Sequence record: NC_019401.1
Strand: one strand, 5' to 3'
Length of the DNA stretch: 64,000 nucleotides
The position numbers were made by a program, and so were the translations under genes. The notes beneath the pieces were generated by a model. That model searched no databases, was not told where the DNA came from, and saw only the letters and a list, made by a program, of their open reading frames with translations. Positions 8,785 to 17,285 of this stretch are shown piece after piece (the first letter of the stretch is position 1; every line of letters begins with the position of its first letter).

Positions 8785-8821
8785 GAAAGGGGTTGACTTC
8801 GGTTAGCCCCTTCTGTATACT
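8785..8821 (+). promoter_or_regulatory. terminator-promoter fusion cassette A2
   Basis: GGGGTTGAC-TTCG-GTTAGCCCC; TTGACT-17-TATACT. Confidence 0.75.
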
Positions 8822-8830
8822 GTATTCATT

Positions 8831-8862
8831 GGCAGATAAAGCCGCAAGCCCATAGGGTGCAT
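8831..8862 (+). ncRNA. two-hairpin element E3
   Basis: GGC-AGATAAA-GCC, GCAA, GCCCATAGGGTGC. Confidence 0.55.
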
Positions 8863-8942
8863 AATTGTATCTATAATATTAAGAATAAAAAAAAGATAAA
8901 ATAATCCTTGCAATCAAACGATGAATAGATTAATATGTAGTT

Positions 8943-9228
8943 CTCGACACGCAATAACGCGATAACCTAAAAGAAGGAAAGCAGATATTCTATCAGGCTC
9001 ATATCCTGATAGCAGTACTAATAACCTGAGACACATAGCACACCGATAAGTCTATGTTAGGATGCATTAGCGAAAGCACATCACTGGATGAATGCATAGT
9101 ACTGGTAGAATATGCGGTATTATCTTTATAAGAGAATATATGAGATAAACTTAATGCGGCCTTAATGGGCGTGGCGTGTATCAAAAGCCACCGTTAAACG
9201 CTCCCTTAATGGGGGCGTTTTTCGTTTT
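8943..9228 (+). ncRNA. candidate 285-nt structured RNA with own promoter and terminator
   Basis: TTGCAA-17-TAATAT at 8908-8936; nested stems; ends in AAACGCTCCC/GGGGGCGTTT terminator; no plus-strand ORF of 60 aa or more. Confidence 0.65.
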
Positions 9229-9318
9229 GGATAATATACTTTTAAACGAGAAAAGTACTTGCAAAGAATGATAAAAGTAGTATACTTATCTATATCGAAA
9301 ACGAAAGAGGATTTAAAA

Positions 9319-9675
9319 ATGGTAGATATGTTCTGGAGTAGTTCGTGCGGCAGAATTGAACTTGAGTTCAAAGATCCTGAGCAGGTATTCACTATGTTTC
9401 ATAGTGGCGATTGTGAGGATTCTGTTAAGGCACAGATTCCGTACTTCCTTCCTCAATTGCAGAACATTGATCGTTCGCGTATTATTTCAGTACTAAATGA
9501 ATATTCTGGTGATTGGACAATTGGGGAGTTATTGGAACTTACACAGGAAGATCTTTACATTAAACTGTTATGGATCGCTGCTGGTGATAAACACGACGAA
9601 ATCAATATGGATGAATTGTGTGAATGGCAGAATGATTTTTTGGCAGAACGTGAACGCGAAAAACACGGCGAATGA
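9319..9675 (+). CDS. conserved phage hypothetical early protein
   Basis: HSGDC..QL..ID..L.EY..W..LLWIAAG pattern; start reassigned after cassette RBS. Confidence 0.8.
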   Translation: MVDMFWSSSCGRIELEFKDPEQVFTMFHSGDCEDSVKAQIPYFLPQLQNIDRSRIISVLNEYSGDWTIGELLELTQEDLYIKLLWIAAGDKHDEINMDELCEWQNDFLAEREREKHGE

Positions 9676-9681
9676 TCATTA

Positions 9682-9716
9682 AAAGTACTTGCAATAACAT
9701 GCGAGTACTTTATAAT
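9682..9716 (+). promoter_or_regulatory. AGTACT-paired promoter B3
   Basis: AAAGTACTTGCA-6-TGCGAGTACTTT, then TATAAT. Confidence 0.8.
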
Positions 9717-9748
9717 GATTGTACTTATTAAGTGAGAGGAAAAACAAA

Positions 9749-10129
9749 ATGAATCCAGTTTATGACGTTCACGCTGATATTGTAACCACGATGGAAAAAG
9801 TTTTTGCTGGTGGTTATGATGCACTCGCTTTTCGTAAAGAGCATGACAGATTACAAAAGCGAATTGATAACCTCAAATTGGTTAGGGATCGTTATGCTAC
9901 CAACACACTACTTACCAGTATGATTGGTAATGTAATGATGAAAAAACTGTGCCTGGCATATGAATTTGAAAAAACTCTGTATTGTACTGCCAATAACGTT
10001 CCGGGTCGTCCCAATACTGATTTTCTTCATTCATTGAATTTGTCAAGTGCTGAATGGGATGCTTTACCACAATATCACGTGTGGATTGCATCGGGTAAAA
10101 TTTACAGTACTGTGCATAAATCCAAATAA
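9749..10129 (+). CDS. hypothetical early protein
   Basis: GAGG RBS; start reassigned. Confidence 0.75.
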   Translation: MNPVYDVHADIVTTMEKVFAGGYDALAFRKEHDRLQKRIDNLKLVRDRYATNTLLTSMIGNVMMKKLCLAYEFEKTLYCTANNVPGRPNTDFLHSLNLSSAEWDALPQYHVWIASGKIYSTVHKSK

Positions 10130-10135
10130 ACAAAT

Positions 10136-10160
10136 AGGGGAACTATATGTTCCCCTTTTT
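10136..10160 (+). terminator. intrinsic terminator
   Basis: AGGGGAAC-TATAT-GTTCCCCT plus T run. Confidence 0.8.
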
Positions 10161-10175
10161 AAGTGAGATATTCAT

Positions 10176-10430
10176 ATGAATATTTTTTACCAAACTAACA
10201 GGTTATGTGTTGTATTTGATTGTGATTCTGATAAAATACAATGCGTAATATACAGGAAAGGAACGGCAGTATATGATAACTGGAAAGTACTACAATCATA
10301 TACAATGCGGCGTAAAGGTTTTAAACGCCTGGATAATCGAACACAGAAAGCGGCCTTGCGACAAATGATCAAGGCAATGCGGAACCGTCAAACAATGGCG
10401 TTAAACGTTGTACTTAACAGTAAGGAATGA
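10176..10430 (+). CDS. hypothetical basic protein
   Basis: ORF with phage-like spacing. Confidence 0.65.
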   Translation: MNIFYQTNRLCVVFDCDSDKIQCVIYRKGTAVYDNWKVLQSYTMRRKGFKRLDNRTQKAALRQMIKAMRNRQTMALNVVLNSKE

Positions 10431-10434
10431 TACA

Positions 10435-10644
10435 ATGGAACCAGAATTTAAGCCAGAACAGAAAGTAATTTTTCGCAGTACTGACAGCGGGCCAGAATAT
10501 CAAAAGCCATATGACGCTGTAGTTAATCGCTTACTTACAAGTGATGAATACGATATTCAGGACGTTGGATATATGTATGAGATCCAATTCTCTGATGGTT
10601 CTACAAAACATGCTTTTGAAGATGAATTGTCGGTACAGCAATAA
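10435..10644 (+). CDS. hypothetical small SH3-like beta protein
   Basis: AAGGA RBS; FKPEQKV..YEIQFSDG..HAFEDEL pattern. Confidence 0.7.
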   Translation: MEPEFKPEQKVIFRSTDSGPEYQKPYDAVVNRLLTSDEYDIQDVGYMYEIQFSDGSTKHAFEDELSVQQ

Positions 10645-10652
10645 TTAAAAAA

Positions 10653-10685
10653 GGGGTTGACATATGTTAGCCCCGTCTGTATACT
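10653..10685 (+). promoter_or_regulatory. terminator-promoter fusion cassette A3
   Basis: GGGGTTGAC-ATAT-GTTAGCCCC; TTGACA-17-TATACT. Confidence 0.75.
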
Positions 10686-10691
10686 GTATTC

Positions 10692-10722
10692 ATTGAAACA
10701 AATTAGCCCACAGGGTGCGGAG
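10692..10722 (+). ncRNA. two-hairpin element E4
   Basis: ATT-GAAACA-AAT, TA, GCCCACAGGGTGCGG. Confidence 0.5.
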
Positions 10723-10933
10723 GTGTATCTATTAAAAAAGTACTGTACATGTATCCAGTACCTATCAAATATAAATTCAAACGAAAAAAGTACTTGCAAT
10801 GGATGATAAAAGGAGTATAATTGTTTACATGGAAGGGCAAGAGGTGAAAGGTAATGAGTCGCAGTACTGAAATAGCTCTGTTTATCTTTGTACTAGTAGC
10901 ACTATCTATTAATTTTAATTGAGAGGATTCAAA

Positions 10934-11167
10934 ATGTCTTTATATGATGTAACTGTAAACAGTACTGGTATTGGTCGTTCTGGTACTACTAAGATGCTGG
11001 CTGTTGCTTTCTTTCCTCATATGAATGAAGCAAGACAAGGTATCAATGAGTGGGTATCAGAGAACTTTGTTGCTCCGGTAACTGTGAGTGTTGAATTAAA
11101 ATCTCACTCAAATATTATCTATCCATCAGAAGTTCAGGGATATGAGCGTATTGTAATTATTGAATAA
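10934..11167 (+). CDS. hypothetical early protein
   Basis: GAGG RBS; start reassigned. Confidence 0.7.
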   Translation: MSLYDVTVNSTGIGRSGTTKMLAVAFFPHMNEARQGINEWVSENFVAPVTVSVELKSHSNIIYPSEVQGYERIVIIE

Positions 11168-11174
11168 TTCATTA

Positions 11175-11211
11175 AAAGTACTTTGACAAAATGGTTAGAG
11201 TACTTTATAAT
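11175..11211 (+). promoter_or_regulatory. AGTACT-paired promoter B4 (identical to B5)
   Basis: AAAGTACTTTGACAAAATGGTTAGAGTACTTTATAAT. Confidence 0.8.
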
Positions 11212-11324
11212 GTAGTTATATTAAAGGCCAGCTTTCTGACAATATCAGTACTGAGCATGATCTAGAAGATCATGAAGGCACAGAATATAAAGGCTAGTGG
11301 TCTATGGATCAGGAGAACTCATAA

Positions 11325-11558
11325 ATGTTTTATATTGCAGAAGTAAAACGTAATGGCGTAGTTGTTGAAAAATCGTTAGTATGTACCAGTAATGAAATTG
11401 CTGGATATTCTTATGCTGAAGATCGTTTTAATACAGTACAAGATAATACTCCAGGTGAATACAACATTACTTTTGATTTTTATCAGCTTGATAATCGTTC
11501 TATTGTTCCGGTTATACAAATGCCGGAAGATATTAAATTTATTGTCCAATTAGATTAA
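11325..11558 (+). CDS. hypothetical early protein
   Basis: AGGAG RBS after a structured leader. Confidence 0.75.
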   Translation: MFYIAEVKRNGVVVEKSLVCTSNEIAGYSYAEDRFNTVQDNTPGEYNITFDFYQLDNRSIVPVIQMPEDIKFIVQLD

Positions 11559-11566
11559 CAACATTA

Positions 11567-11603
11567 AAAGTACTTTGACAAAATGGTTAGAGTACTTTAT
11601 AAT
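11567..11603 (+). promoter_or_regulatory. AGTACT-paired promoter B5
   Basis: TTGACA-17-TATAAT with AGTACT at 11569 and 11591. Confidence 0.8.
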
Positions 11604-11629
11604 GTAGTTATTGAGTAGGAGGAAACAAA

Positions 11630-11740
11630 ATGCAATTTGTTTTCGGTGCAATTAGCGGTATACTGATTTATCTGAATTGGGATGTTATCAGTCCCTGGAT
11701 TGAATCAGTACTGAAATTTACATTAACCTTTTTTAATTGA
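11630..11740 (+). CDS. 36-aa small membrane protein
   Basis: Not in ORF track. AGGAGG RBS; MQFVFGAISGILIYLNWDVISPWIESVLKFTLTFFN. Confidence 0.65.
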   Translation: MQFVFGAISGILIYLNWDVISPWIESVLKFTLTFFN

Positions 11741-11752
11741 GAGAAACAAAAA

Positions 11753-11956
11753 ATGGCACAGAAAGATCGTCGTTATGCAATCAATGCGGAGTTCACTGGT
11801 CACATTTCCGGTAAGAAACGTTTTGTACTGCGTTTTGAAGGTACTCGCGTATCTGATCACGGTTCCCGCTATGAGGCGGAACAGGAGATCGCGAAGTACA
11901 AGAAAGCGGGTACTATCCCTAATGTAAATGGAACACGTGTTGCAGTGGAGGCATAA
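11753..11956 (+). CDS. hypothetical early protein (paralog-like to 15384..15575)
   Basis: FEGT..EA...IAK motif. Confidence 0.75.
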   Translation: MAQKDRRYAINAEFTGHISGKKRFVLRFEGTRVSDHGSRYEAEQEIAKYKKAGTIPNVNGTRVAVEA

Positions 11957-12132
11957 TGCGGGAGTTTGCATTGTATGACAAGGTACATTTAGAACGGGAA
12001 TATCCGTTAAGTACTAAGAAAGTACTTGATACGTTGCCGGTTCTTACTGATTTAGAGGTTGAAATTATTATTAACCTCAAGGTATCAGAAAGTATTGAGA
12101 TTAATAATACTGTTATCATCCGTACAATGTAA
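11956..12132 (+). CDS. 58-aa hypothetical protein
   Basis: Not in ORF track. GGAGG RBS, start overlaps upstream stop; MREFALYDKVHLEREYP. Confidence 0.6.
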   Translation: MREFALYDKVHLEREYPLSTKKVLDTLPVLTDLEVEIIINLKVSESIEINNTVIIRTM

Positions 12133-12142
12133 AAACATTATC

Positions 12143-12179
12143 AAAAGTACTTGCAAATAGAAAGCGGGTACTTTATAAT
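12143..12179 (+). promoter_or_regulatory. AGTACT-paired promoter B6 (drives RHH gene)
   Basis: AGTACT at 12146 and GGTACT at 12167; TTGCAA-17-TATAAT. Confidence 0.75.
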
Positions 12180-12208
12180 GTACTTATATTAAGCGAGAGA
12201 ATAAAGAA

Positions 12209-12412
12209 ATGAAAAGACTTCAAATTGACGTATCGGAACAAGCATTCAATCAACTGAAAGAATTGAAGGGTAAATGTGAAAGTGCTAGTTACGCAGATGT
12301 TACCCAAAAAGCATATAAAGTACTCGACTTCTTTATGAATGCAAAAGCTGATGGCAAATCTATAATTGTCGTAGATAAAGATGGTAAAGAAACGATAGTA
12401 GAAATGCTTTAA
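12209..12412 (+). CDS. ribbon-helix-helix (CopG/Arc-like) DNA-binding protein
   Basis: Alternating N-terminal strand RLQIDVS, helix A (EQAFNQLKELK), helix B (SYADVTQKAYKVL). Confidence 0.7.
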   Translation: MKRLQIDVSEQAFNQLKELKGKCESASYADVTQKAYKVLDFFMNAKADGKSIIVVDKDGKETIVEML

Positions 12413-12422
12413 CTATATTATC

Positions 12423-12459
12423 AAAAGTACTTGCAATTAGAAAGCGAGTACTTTATAAT
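12423..12459 (+). promoter_or_regulatory. AGTACT-paired promoter B7
   Basis: AGTACT at 12426 and 12447. Confidence 0.8.
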
Positions 12460-12490
12460 GTAGTTATTGAATCAAACAGAGGTTAACGAA

Positions 12491-12793
12491 ATGAAAACTC
12501 CACATCATAAAGCGTATGAATACGATTATTACTTTGTTGGTACTGATGGTATTCCTTATGTAGCAAAAAACTATCTCGCTGTAGTTCCTGGCGTTAATGT
12601 TGAAATGCTGATTAAACGCTGGAACCTTGCGGCTGGTCATGGTCGGAAGTATGTTCTTAAAGGTGAAGTGGATCTCAAAACAGCATTATACACTCCAGGT
12701 ACTACTGGTGCGATGATTGCCACCGATTGGAAGTTACTCGATCATATGCAATTTCACGGCGTCGAATATGAAGTAAAACGCATCGCCGCATAA
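12491..12793 (+). CDS. hypothetical early protein
   Basis: GAGG RBS; start reassigned. Confidence 0.75.
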   Translation: MKTPHHKAYEYDYYFVGTDGIPYVAKNYLAVVPGVNVEMLIKRWNLAAGHGRKYVLKGEVDLKTALYTPGTTGAMIATDWKLLDHMQFHGVEYEVKRIAA

Positions 12794-12808
12794 TCAAAAA
12801 GTACTCTA

Positions 12809-12840
12809 GTACTGGTGTAATAGCCAGTACTGTTTTTTTA
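12809..12840 (+). terminator. intrinsic terminator with AGTACT stem
   Basis: AGTACTGG-TGTAATAG-CCAGTACT plus T run. Confidence 0.7.
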
Positions 12841-12870
12841 TGTACAGTACTATATCTCATAGACAGATCT

Positions 12871-12903
12871 CTGCACCCTATGGGCTTGAGCATTGTTCTT
12901 GCT
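12871..12903 (-). ncRNA. two-hairpin element E5-
   Basis: Minus strand TTGACA-17-TATATT, then AGCA-AGAACAA-TGCT, CAA, GCCCATAGGGTGCAG. Confidence 0.55.
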
Positions 12904-13029
12904 ATGTGTTAATAATATACCAGTACTTATATAATGTCAATGAAATAATTATACTTTCAAACGTGAATTTCCCCTTGCATTTATGGTTGAGTACTGTATA
13001 ATACTTGTATTGAATCGGGAGCATGAACA

Positions 13030-13275
13030 ATGAACAAAGATTTAGTACTATACAGTATTGCAATATCCCTTGCAACTGTTGTCGTATCTTTCGGAATTGA
13101 TGAAGCGAGATCTGGTATATTTTGGCAAGCTACTGTTATTGCAGAAGGGCTTGACAATTCGTTATATACATTTGTATCATATGGCCTGAATCCTGTTTTT
13201 TATATGTTGTTATGGATTGGGTTAGGTTCAATAATAGCATTTATTTTTCATTTATTTGTTGACACAGACAAATAA
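13030..13275 (+). CDS. hypothetical membrane protein
   Basis: Two hydrophobic segments; GGAG RBS. Confidence 0.7.
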   Translation: MNKDLVLYSIAISLATVVVSFGIDEARSGIFWQATVIAEGLDNSLYTFVSYGLNPVFYMLLWIGLGSIIAFIFHLFVDTDK

Positions 13276-13312
13276 AGCAGGTATAGTATTCTTATTGAAA
13301 CGGAGAGATACT

Positions 13313-13513
13313 ATGAAAGTTCAACCGATTTCTGCGATGTATAAGAATACAAATGATACCCGTCGTGAGGGTAAACCTGTAACGAAAGAAAGTGTACTTG
13401 AGCAAATTAAGTTATTCAAAGAACTGAATGGGGAAGATAGCAGTACTGTAGTTAATTTGAGTACTGATAAACTTCCTGAATTTTTGTACAATAAAGATGG
13501 TAAAATCAAATGA
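13313..13513 (+). CDS. hypothetical protein
   Basis: GGAG RBS; start reassigned. Confidence 0.65.
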   Translation: MKVQPISAMYKNTNDTRREGKPVTKESVLEQIKLFKELNGEDSSTVVNLSTDKLPEFLYNKDGKIK

Positions 13514-13522
13514 GGGTTTATA

Positions 13523-14380
13523 ATGGGTAAGTATATTAGTTTGGGTTTTGTTGGTGTTCTGGTACTGTTTTTGCTGATTACTGGTTTGAGTTCGTTCTAT
13601 ACCATTGACCAGCAAGATCGCGGTGTCATTCTGACCAACGGCAAAATCACAGGGATCGCAAATCCGGGTATGAACTGGAAAAAACCATTTATCGATAGCG
13701 TGGTTGAAATTCCGGTAACTGGTCAAAACAAAAGTTATCAGGGCTTGCAAGCGTATTCCCGCGATCAGCAAGTAGCAAACATGAACGTATCCGTATCGTT
13801 TTCCGTACCGGAAGGTAAAGTCGGCGAACTGTATAGTACTTTCGGTACTATTGAAAACCTAACTGCTCGCGTTATGGATCGCCAGATTCCACAAGCGATG
13901 GAAAACGTATTTGGGCAATACAATGCGATCTCTGCGGTCCAAGACCGTGTTAAGCTGGTGGCTGATCTAAACACCGCCGTTAAAAAAGCGTTGGAAGCTT
14001 ATCCGGTATATGTTGAAAGTGTCCAACTCGAAAACGTATCATTCAGCGACGCATATGATAAATCGATTGAAGCACGTATGCAAGCCGAAGTAGCAGTACT
14101 GAAACGCCAGCAAGATCTTGCATCCGAAAAAGTATCTGCACAGATTCAGGTAACACAGGCACAAGCGAAAGCTGATAGCCAACTTGCCGAAGCGAAAGCA
14201 GCAGCAGAAGCAACACGCCTTCAGGGTGAAGCAGATGCAGCAGCGATCAAAGCAAAATCTGATGCACTTAACAGCAATCCGCAACTGGTTCAGCTTGCCG
14301 CTGTTGACAAATGGAATGGCGTACTGCCTACTCAAATGGTTCCTGGTTCGACCGTTCCATTCGTGAATCTTAATAAGTAA
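13523..14380 (+). CDS. SPFH/band 7 (prohibitin-like) membrane protein
   Basis: N-terminal TM, YTIDQQDRGVILTNG..PG..WKKPFI, coiled coil with AEA repeats, KWNGVLP. Confidence 0.92.
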   Translation: MGKYISLGFVGVLVLFLLITGLSSFYTIDQQDRGVILTNGKITGIANPGMNWKKPFIDSVVEIPVTGQNKSYQGLQAYSRDQQVANMNVSVSFSVPEGKVGELYSTFGTIENLTARVMDRQIPQAMENVFGQYNAISAVQDRVKLVADLNTAVKKALEAYPVYVESVQLENVSFSDAYDKSIEARMQAEVAVLKRQQDLASEKVSAQIQVTQAQAKADSQLAEAKAAAEATRLQGEADAAAIKAKSDALNSNPQLVQLAAVDKWNGVLPTQMVPGSTVPFVNLNK

Positions 14381-14387
14381 GTACTAC

Positions 14388-14416
14388 AAAAGCCTAGCAA
14401 TGTCTAGGCTTTTTTA
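14388..14416 (+). terminator. intrinsic terminator
   Basis: AAAAGCCTAG/CTAGGCTTTT plus T run. Confidence 0.8.
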
Positions 14417-14512
14417 TATTTCAAAAAATATACTTTCAAACGTGAAAAGTACTTGCAAAGAATCGTACAGAGTAGTATTATCTTTATATCGACAACGAAC
14501 AAGGAAAATCAA

Positions 14513-14707
14513 ATGGAACAACATTTCGTACATATCCCTAGCCCTCTGATGTTTTCGAGAGACGCTAGATTGTCTCGCATTAAGTACTTGAAAAAGGCAA
14601 AGGCAAGTACTGATAAAGAAGGCCGTAAATGGAACTTCACTATGGCGAAGATGATGAAACGCCATGAGAAACAATGGATGGAAACTTATCAGCAGGAATA
14701 CATGTAA
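14513..14707 (+). CDS. hypothetical basic protein
   Basis: AAGGA RBS in repeated cassette; start reassigned. Confidence 0.7.
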   Translation: MEQHFVHIPSPLMFSRDARLSRIKYLKKAKASTDKEGRKWNFTMAKMMKRHEKQWMETYQQEYM

Positions 14708-14716
14708 ACATTATCA

Positions 14717-14753
14717 AAAGTACTTTGACAAATATGTTAGAGTACTTTATAAT
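14717..14753 (+). promoter_or_regulatory. AGTACT-paired promoter B8
   Basis: TTGACA-17-TATAAT, AGTACT at 14719 and 14741. Confidence 0.8.
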
Positions 14754-14784
14754 GATTATATCAAAAAACGAACTGGTGATTATT

Positions 14785-15021
14785 ATGGTTATCGAACATA
14801 ATGCATATATTCCAAAAGCAGTACGCCAAGCTTTTGATATGGTGAAGCGTGTGTATCCCAACGTTACACAAGTCGAATATGATGATAACGGTAATTGGCT
14901 TTACTCTGACGGCAAAAGCTTTTTTCCTTCATTCAATAATATTAATATTGATGTTGGAGTACTTGAACACGCCGCTGATGCCGCCTATAATGTAGGCATT
15001 CCAGTTACGTTTAAAATTTAA
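14785..15021 (+). CDS. hypothetical early protein
   Basis: Start reassigned downstream of promoter B8. Confidence 0.7.
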   Translation: MVIEHNAYIPKAVRQAFDMVKRVYPNVTQVEYDDNGNWLYSDGKSFFPSFNNINIDVGVLEHAADAAYNVGIPVTFKI

Positions 15022-15033
15022 AAAGGTAATTGT

Positions 15034-15321
15034 ATGCCGTCAATGTTCAGAAATTCAAAGAAGGTACAGACTGCATTAAAAGTAATGGATATTGTTAAAA
15101 CAAAAAACAATACCAACAATGCACCAACTTCTAAAACAAAGAAAGTAAAATCTACTAAGCAAAGTACTGTAGTTACTCTTTCTGTTATGATACAATTCCT
15201 GAAAGATAACGATGGCGATTTAGATTTGCTTTACAAAACATATGTTGGCGATCTTGAATATCGCAAACAGATGGCTGATGAAGCATATATGTTGTTCAAA
15301 AAGAATTTGAATAGCATTTAA
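15034..15321 (+). CDS. hypothetical protein
   Basis: AAGG RBS. Confidence 0.7.
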   Translation: MPSMFRNSKKVQTALKVMDIVKTKNNTNNAPTSKTKKVKSTKQSTVVTLSVMIQFLKDNDGDLDLLYKTYVGDLEYRKQMADEAYMLFKKNLNSI

Positions 15322-15357
15322 AAAGTACTTGCATTATCAATCACAGTACTATATAAT
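15321..15357 (+). promoter_or_regulatory. AGTACT-paired promoter B9
   Basis: TTGCAT-17-TATAAT, AGTACT at 15324 and 15345. Confidence 0.75.
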
Positions 15358-15383
15358 AATTATATTCAACTGAGGAAATAATC

Positions 15384-15575
15384 ATGAGTAGACGATTTAG
15401 TTATGCAGCGAAAGCTGATGGTGGTTATCAAGTACTGTTTGAAGGTACTGTAATTGATAATGCAAGTACTGTCAAAGAAGCACGTAATAAAATTGCAAAG
15501 ATAAAACGTGATGCAAAGCACAGTAATTTAGTTAATAAGTTTTTTAGTTACAGCAAAGATTTTAAACAAAAATAA
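15384..15575 (+). CDS. hypothetical early protein (paralog-like to 11753..11956)
   Basis: GAGG RBS; FEGT..EA...IAK motif. Confidence 0.75.
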   Translation: MSRRFSYAAKADGGYQVLFEGTVIDNASTVKEARNKIAKIKRDAKHSNLVNKFFSYSKDFKQK

Positions 15576-15636
15576 CTTGCATTAAACCTGAATAGAAAGT
15601 ATAATCTTTATATCAACCAAACAGAAGGGATATACC

Positions 15637-16002
15637 ATGAAAGCAGTTTACTTTGCAACCAGAACTCTCGCTCGCAACGCTGTTGAAGAACTGAACGGTA
15701 AGTTCAAAGATTTTGGTACTGACGCCCCGAAAGGTGAACGCTGGGCAGTGCTGGTGGAAGAAACTGTACAGAACAATCAACTGTCTGTACAGGAAGAAAT
15801 TAACACTGCTCCCACAACTCCGGTACAGCAGATCACTGAAAGTCTTATTGACTATTCAGAAGCAATCACAGTACTGGATCGTCCGGGTTCCATTATTGGG
15901 GAACAAACTTTACGTACCCCAAATAACAAGCCTGTACGTACTTTGTGGCGTCGTAACAAAACGGCAATGCGTTTGGCTGCTCATATGGAAGCAACCGCTT
16001 AA
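15637..16002 (+). CDS. hypothetical early protein
   Basis: AAGGG RBS, host-like codon bias. Confidence 0.8.
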   Translation: MKAVYFATRTLARNAVEELNGKFKDFGTDAPKGERWAVLVEETVQNNQLSVQEEINTAPTTPVQQITESLIDYSEAITVLDRPGSIIGEQTLRTPNNKPVRTLWRRNKTAMRLAAHMEATA

Positions 16003-16010
16003 AACTCGGT

Positions 16011-16037
16011 TGGGGCATTATATGATGCCCCTTTTTT
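16011..16037 (+). terminator. intrinsic terminator
   Basis: GGGGCAT/ATGCCCC plus T run. Confidence 0.8.
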
Positions 16038-16050
16038 AAGGTTAATCCAT

Positions 16051-16293
16051 ATGAAAAAGTTAACAATTGATAATACACAATTGCGTGTGCATTTCAAAGC
16101 AAGTACTAAAATACTTGATAGAGCATTACGTGTTGTGAAAGATTTCAATAGTGGGCAAATAAGACCGCGAAGATTAGGTTGTGGATTGTTTGAAGTTCTG
16201 GATGTTTCGCGTAACGAAAGAATCGTTATTAAAGATCGCAAACTTAATCTAATGACGCATGAACAATATAACAAGTTCGTTGAACGCCGTTGA
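16051..16293 (+). CDS. ParE/RelE-like toxin-fold small protein
   Basis: F..G.IRPRRL..L.V...RI...LMTHEQYN matches the enterobacterial ParE-like family pattern (from memory). Confidence 0.55.
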   Translation: MKKLTIDNTQLRVHFKASTKILDRALRVVKDFNSGQIRPRRLGCGLFEVLDVSRNERIVIKDRKLNLMTHEQYNKFVERR

Positions 16294-16347
16294 CAGAATC
16301 CCCTAAATATGAATATAATAAATTTATAGTCATTAGGGGATTTTATT

Positions 16348-16869
16348 ATGCCTGGAACATTTAGAAGTAAAAACGGGGCAACACTATCTGGACACTCAGA
16401 TAAATGGAGTAATGCTAACCGTAGTCCTAACAGTCATGATGCAGGACAAGGATCAAAAGGTAAACGCAATCAAGGAACCGGTATTCAAGGGAAACTAAAC
16501 ACTATGCCATCACAAGGCGTAGATACTTCCAAAATGAAGCCGGAACAAAAGTTAAAGTACTTTCAATCTTTAGGGTTAATGCCTGGCGTGGCTCCTGAAC
16601 CAGAACCAGAAGTTAAGCCAGAACCTGCACCAGACCAACGCAACAAAGTACAAGCTCTTACTCAAGACCTACAGAAAGTATTCGCGAACAATCCAAACTA
16701 TCTACACAGTATTGTACAGCAATTAAAAGAAGTGCCACCAGCACAATTTAAAAAAGCGGTATTCGCTGCTTACAGAGCTATGCAAGAAAGTACATCACAA
16801 CAAAATGTAGATCCTAAAGAAGTACTAACTCATATACAAGATGCAATTAATCAAAGTATATACGATTAA
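16348..16869 (+). CDS. hypothetical protein with disordered N-terminus and PEPE linker
   Basis: ORF with own promoter TTGACA-18-TATAAT. Confidence 0.75.
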   Translation: MPGTFRSKNGATLSGHSDKWSNANRSPNSHDAGQGSKGKRNQGTGIQGKLNTMPSQGVDTSKMKPEQKLKYFQSLGLMPGVAPEPEPEVKPEPAPDQRNKVQALTQDLQKVFANNPNYLHSIVQQLKEVPPAQFKKAVFAAYRAMQESTSQQNVDPKEVLTHIQDAINQSIYD

Positions 16870-16933
16870 TATTTGACAGAACAATTTTCGTCTGATAGTA
16901 TTAAGTTATCAAACACAAACAGGGTACTATCAA

Positions 16934-17278
16934 ATGAAAAGGATTATGTTAGTAGGATTGATGTTCGCATGTGTCAGTACTGTACAGGCTGAAATGCTTA
17001 CCTGTACTAGCTCGACACTTTCTTTCCGTAACAACGATGGAAGTTACTCGGAAAAGGCAGGTACTAAACTTACCGATATTTCCATTGAAGTACAGGAACA
17101 ATCGATCACTATGTACGCTGGTGGATTAGACCGCCTGGAATTCTGGAAAGATTATAATGAGTACCGCAATGATAGCGGGAAGATCGTTCGTAATGGTAGT
17201 ACTTTCTCTATGTATACTACTATTCCAACCGATACAAACAACATGCAGCCAATCAAAGTTGATTATATCTGCAAATGA
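16934..17278 (+). CDS. exported/periplasmic protein with Sec signal peptide
   Basis: MKRIMLVGLMFACVSTVQA cleavage-like motif. Confidence 0.75.
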   Translation: MKRIMLVGLMFACVSTVQAEMLTCTSSTLSFRNNDGSYSEKAGTKLTDISIEVQEQSITMYAGGLDRLEFWKDYNEYRNDSGKIVRNGSTFSMYTTIPTDTNNMQPIKVDYICK

Positions 17279-17285
17279 TTCAAAT

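Noticed and set aside
8999-9184. 61-aa minus-strand ORF across the 285-nt RNA
   Set aside because: No promoter or RBS on that strand; plus-strand promoter and terminator bracket the region
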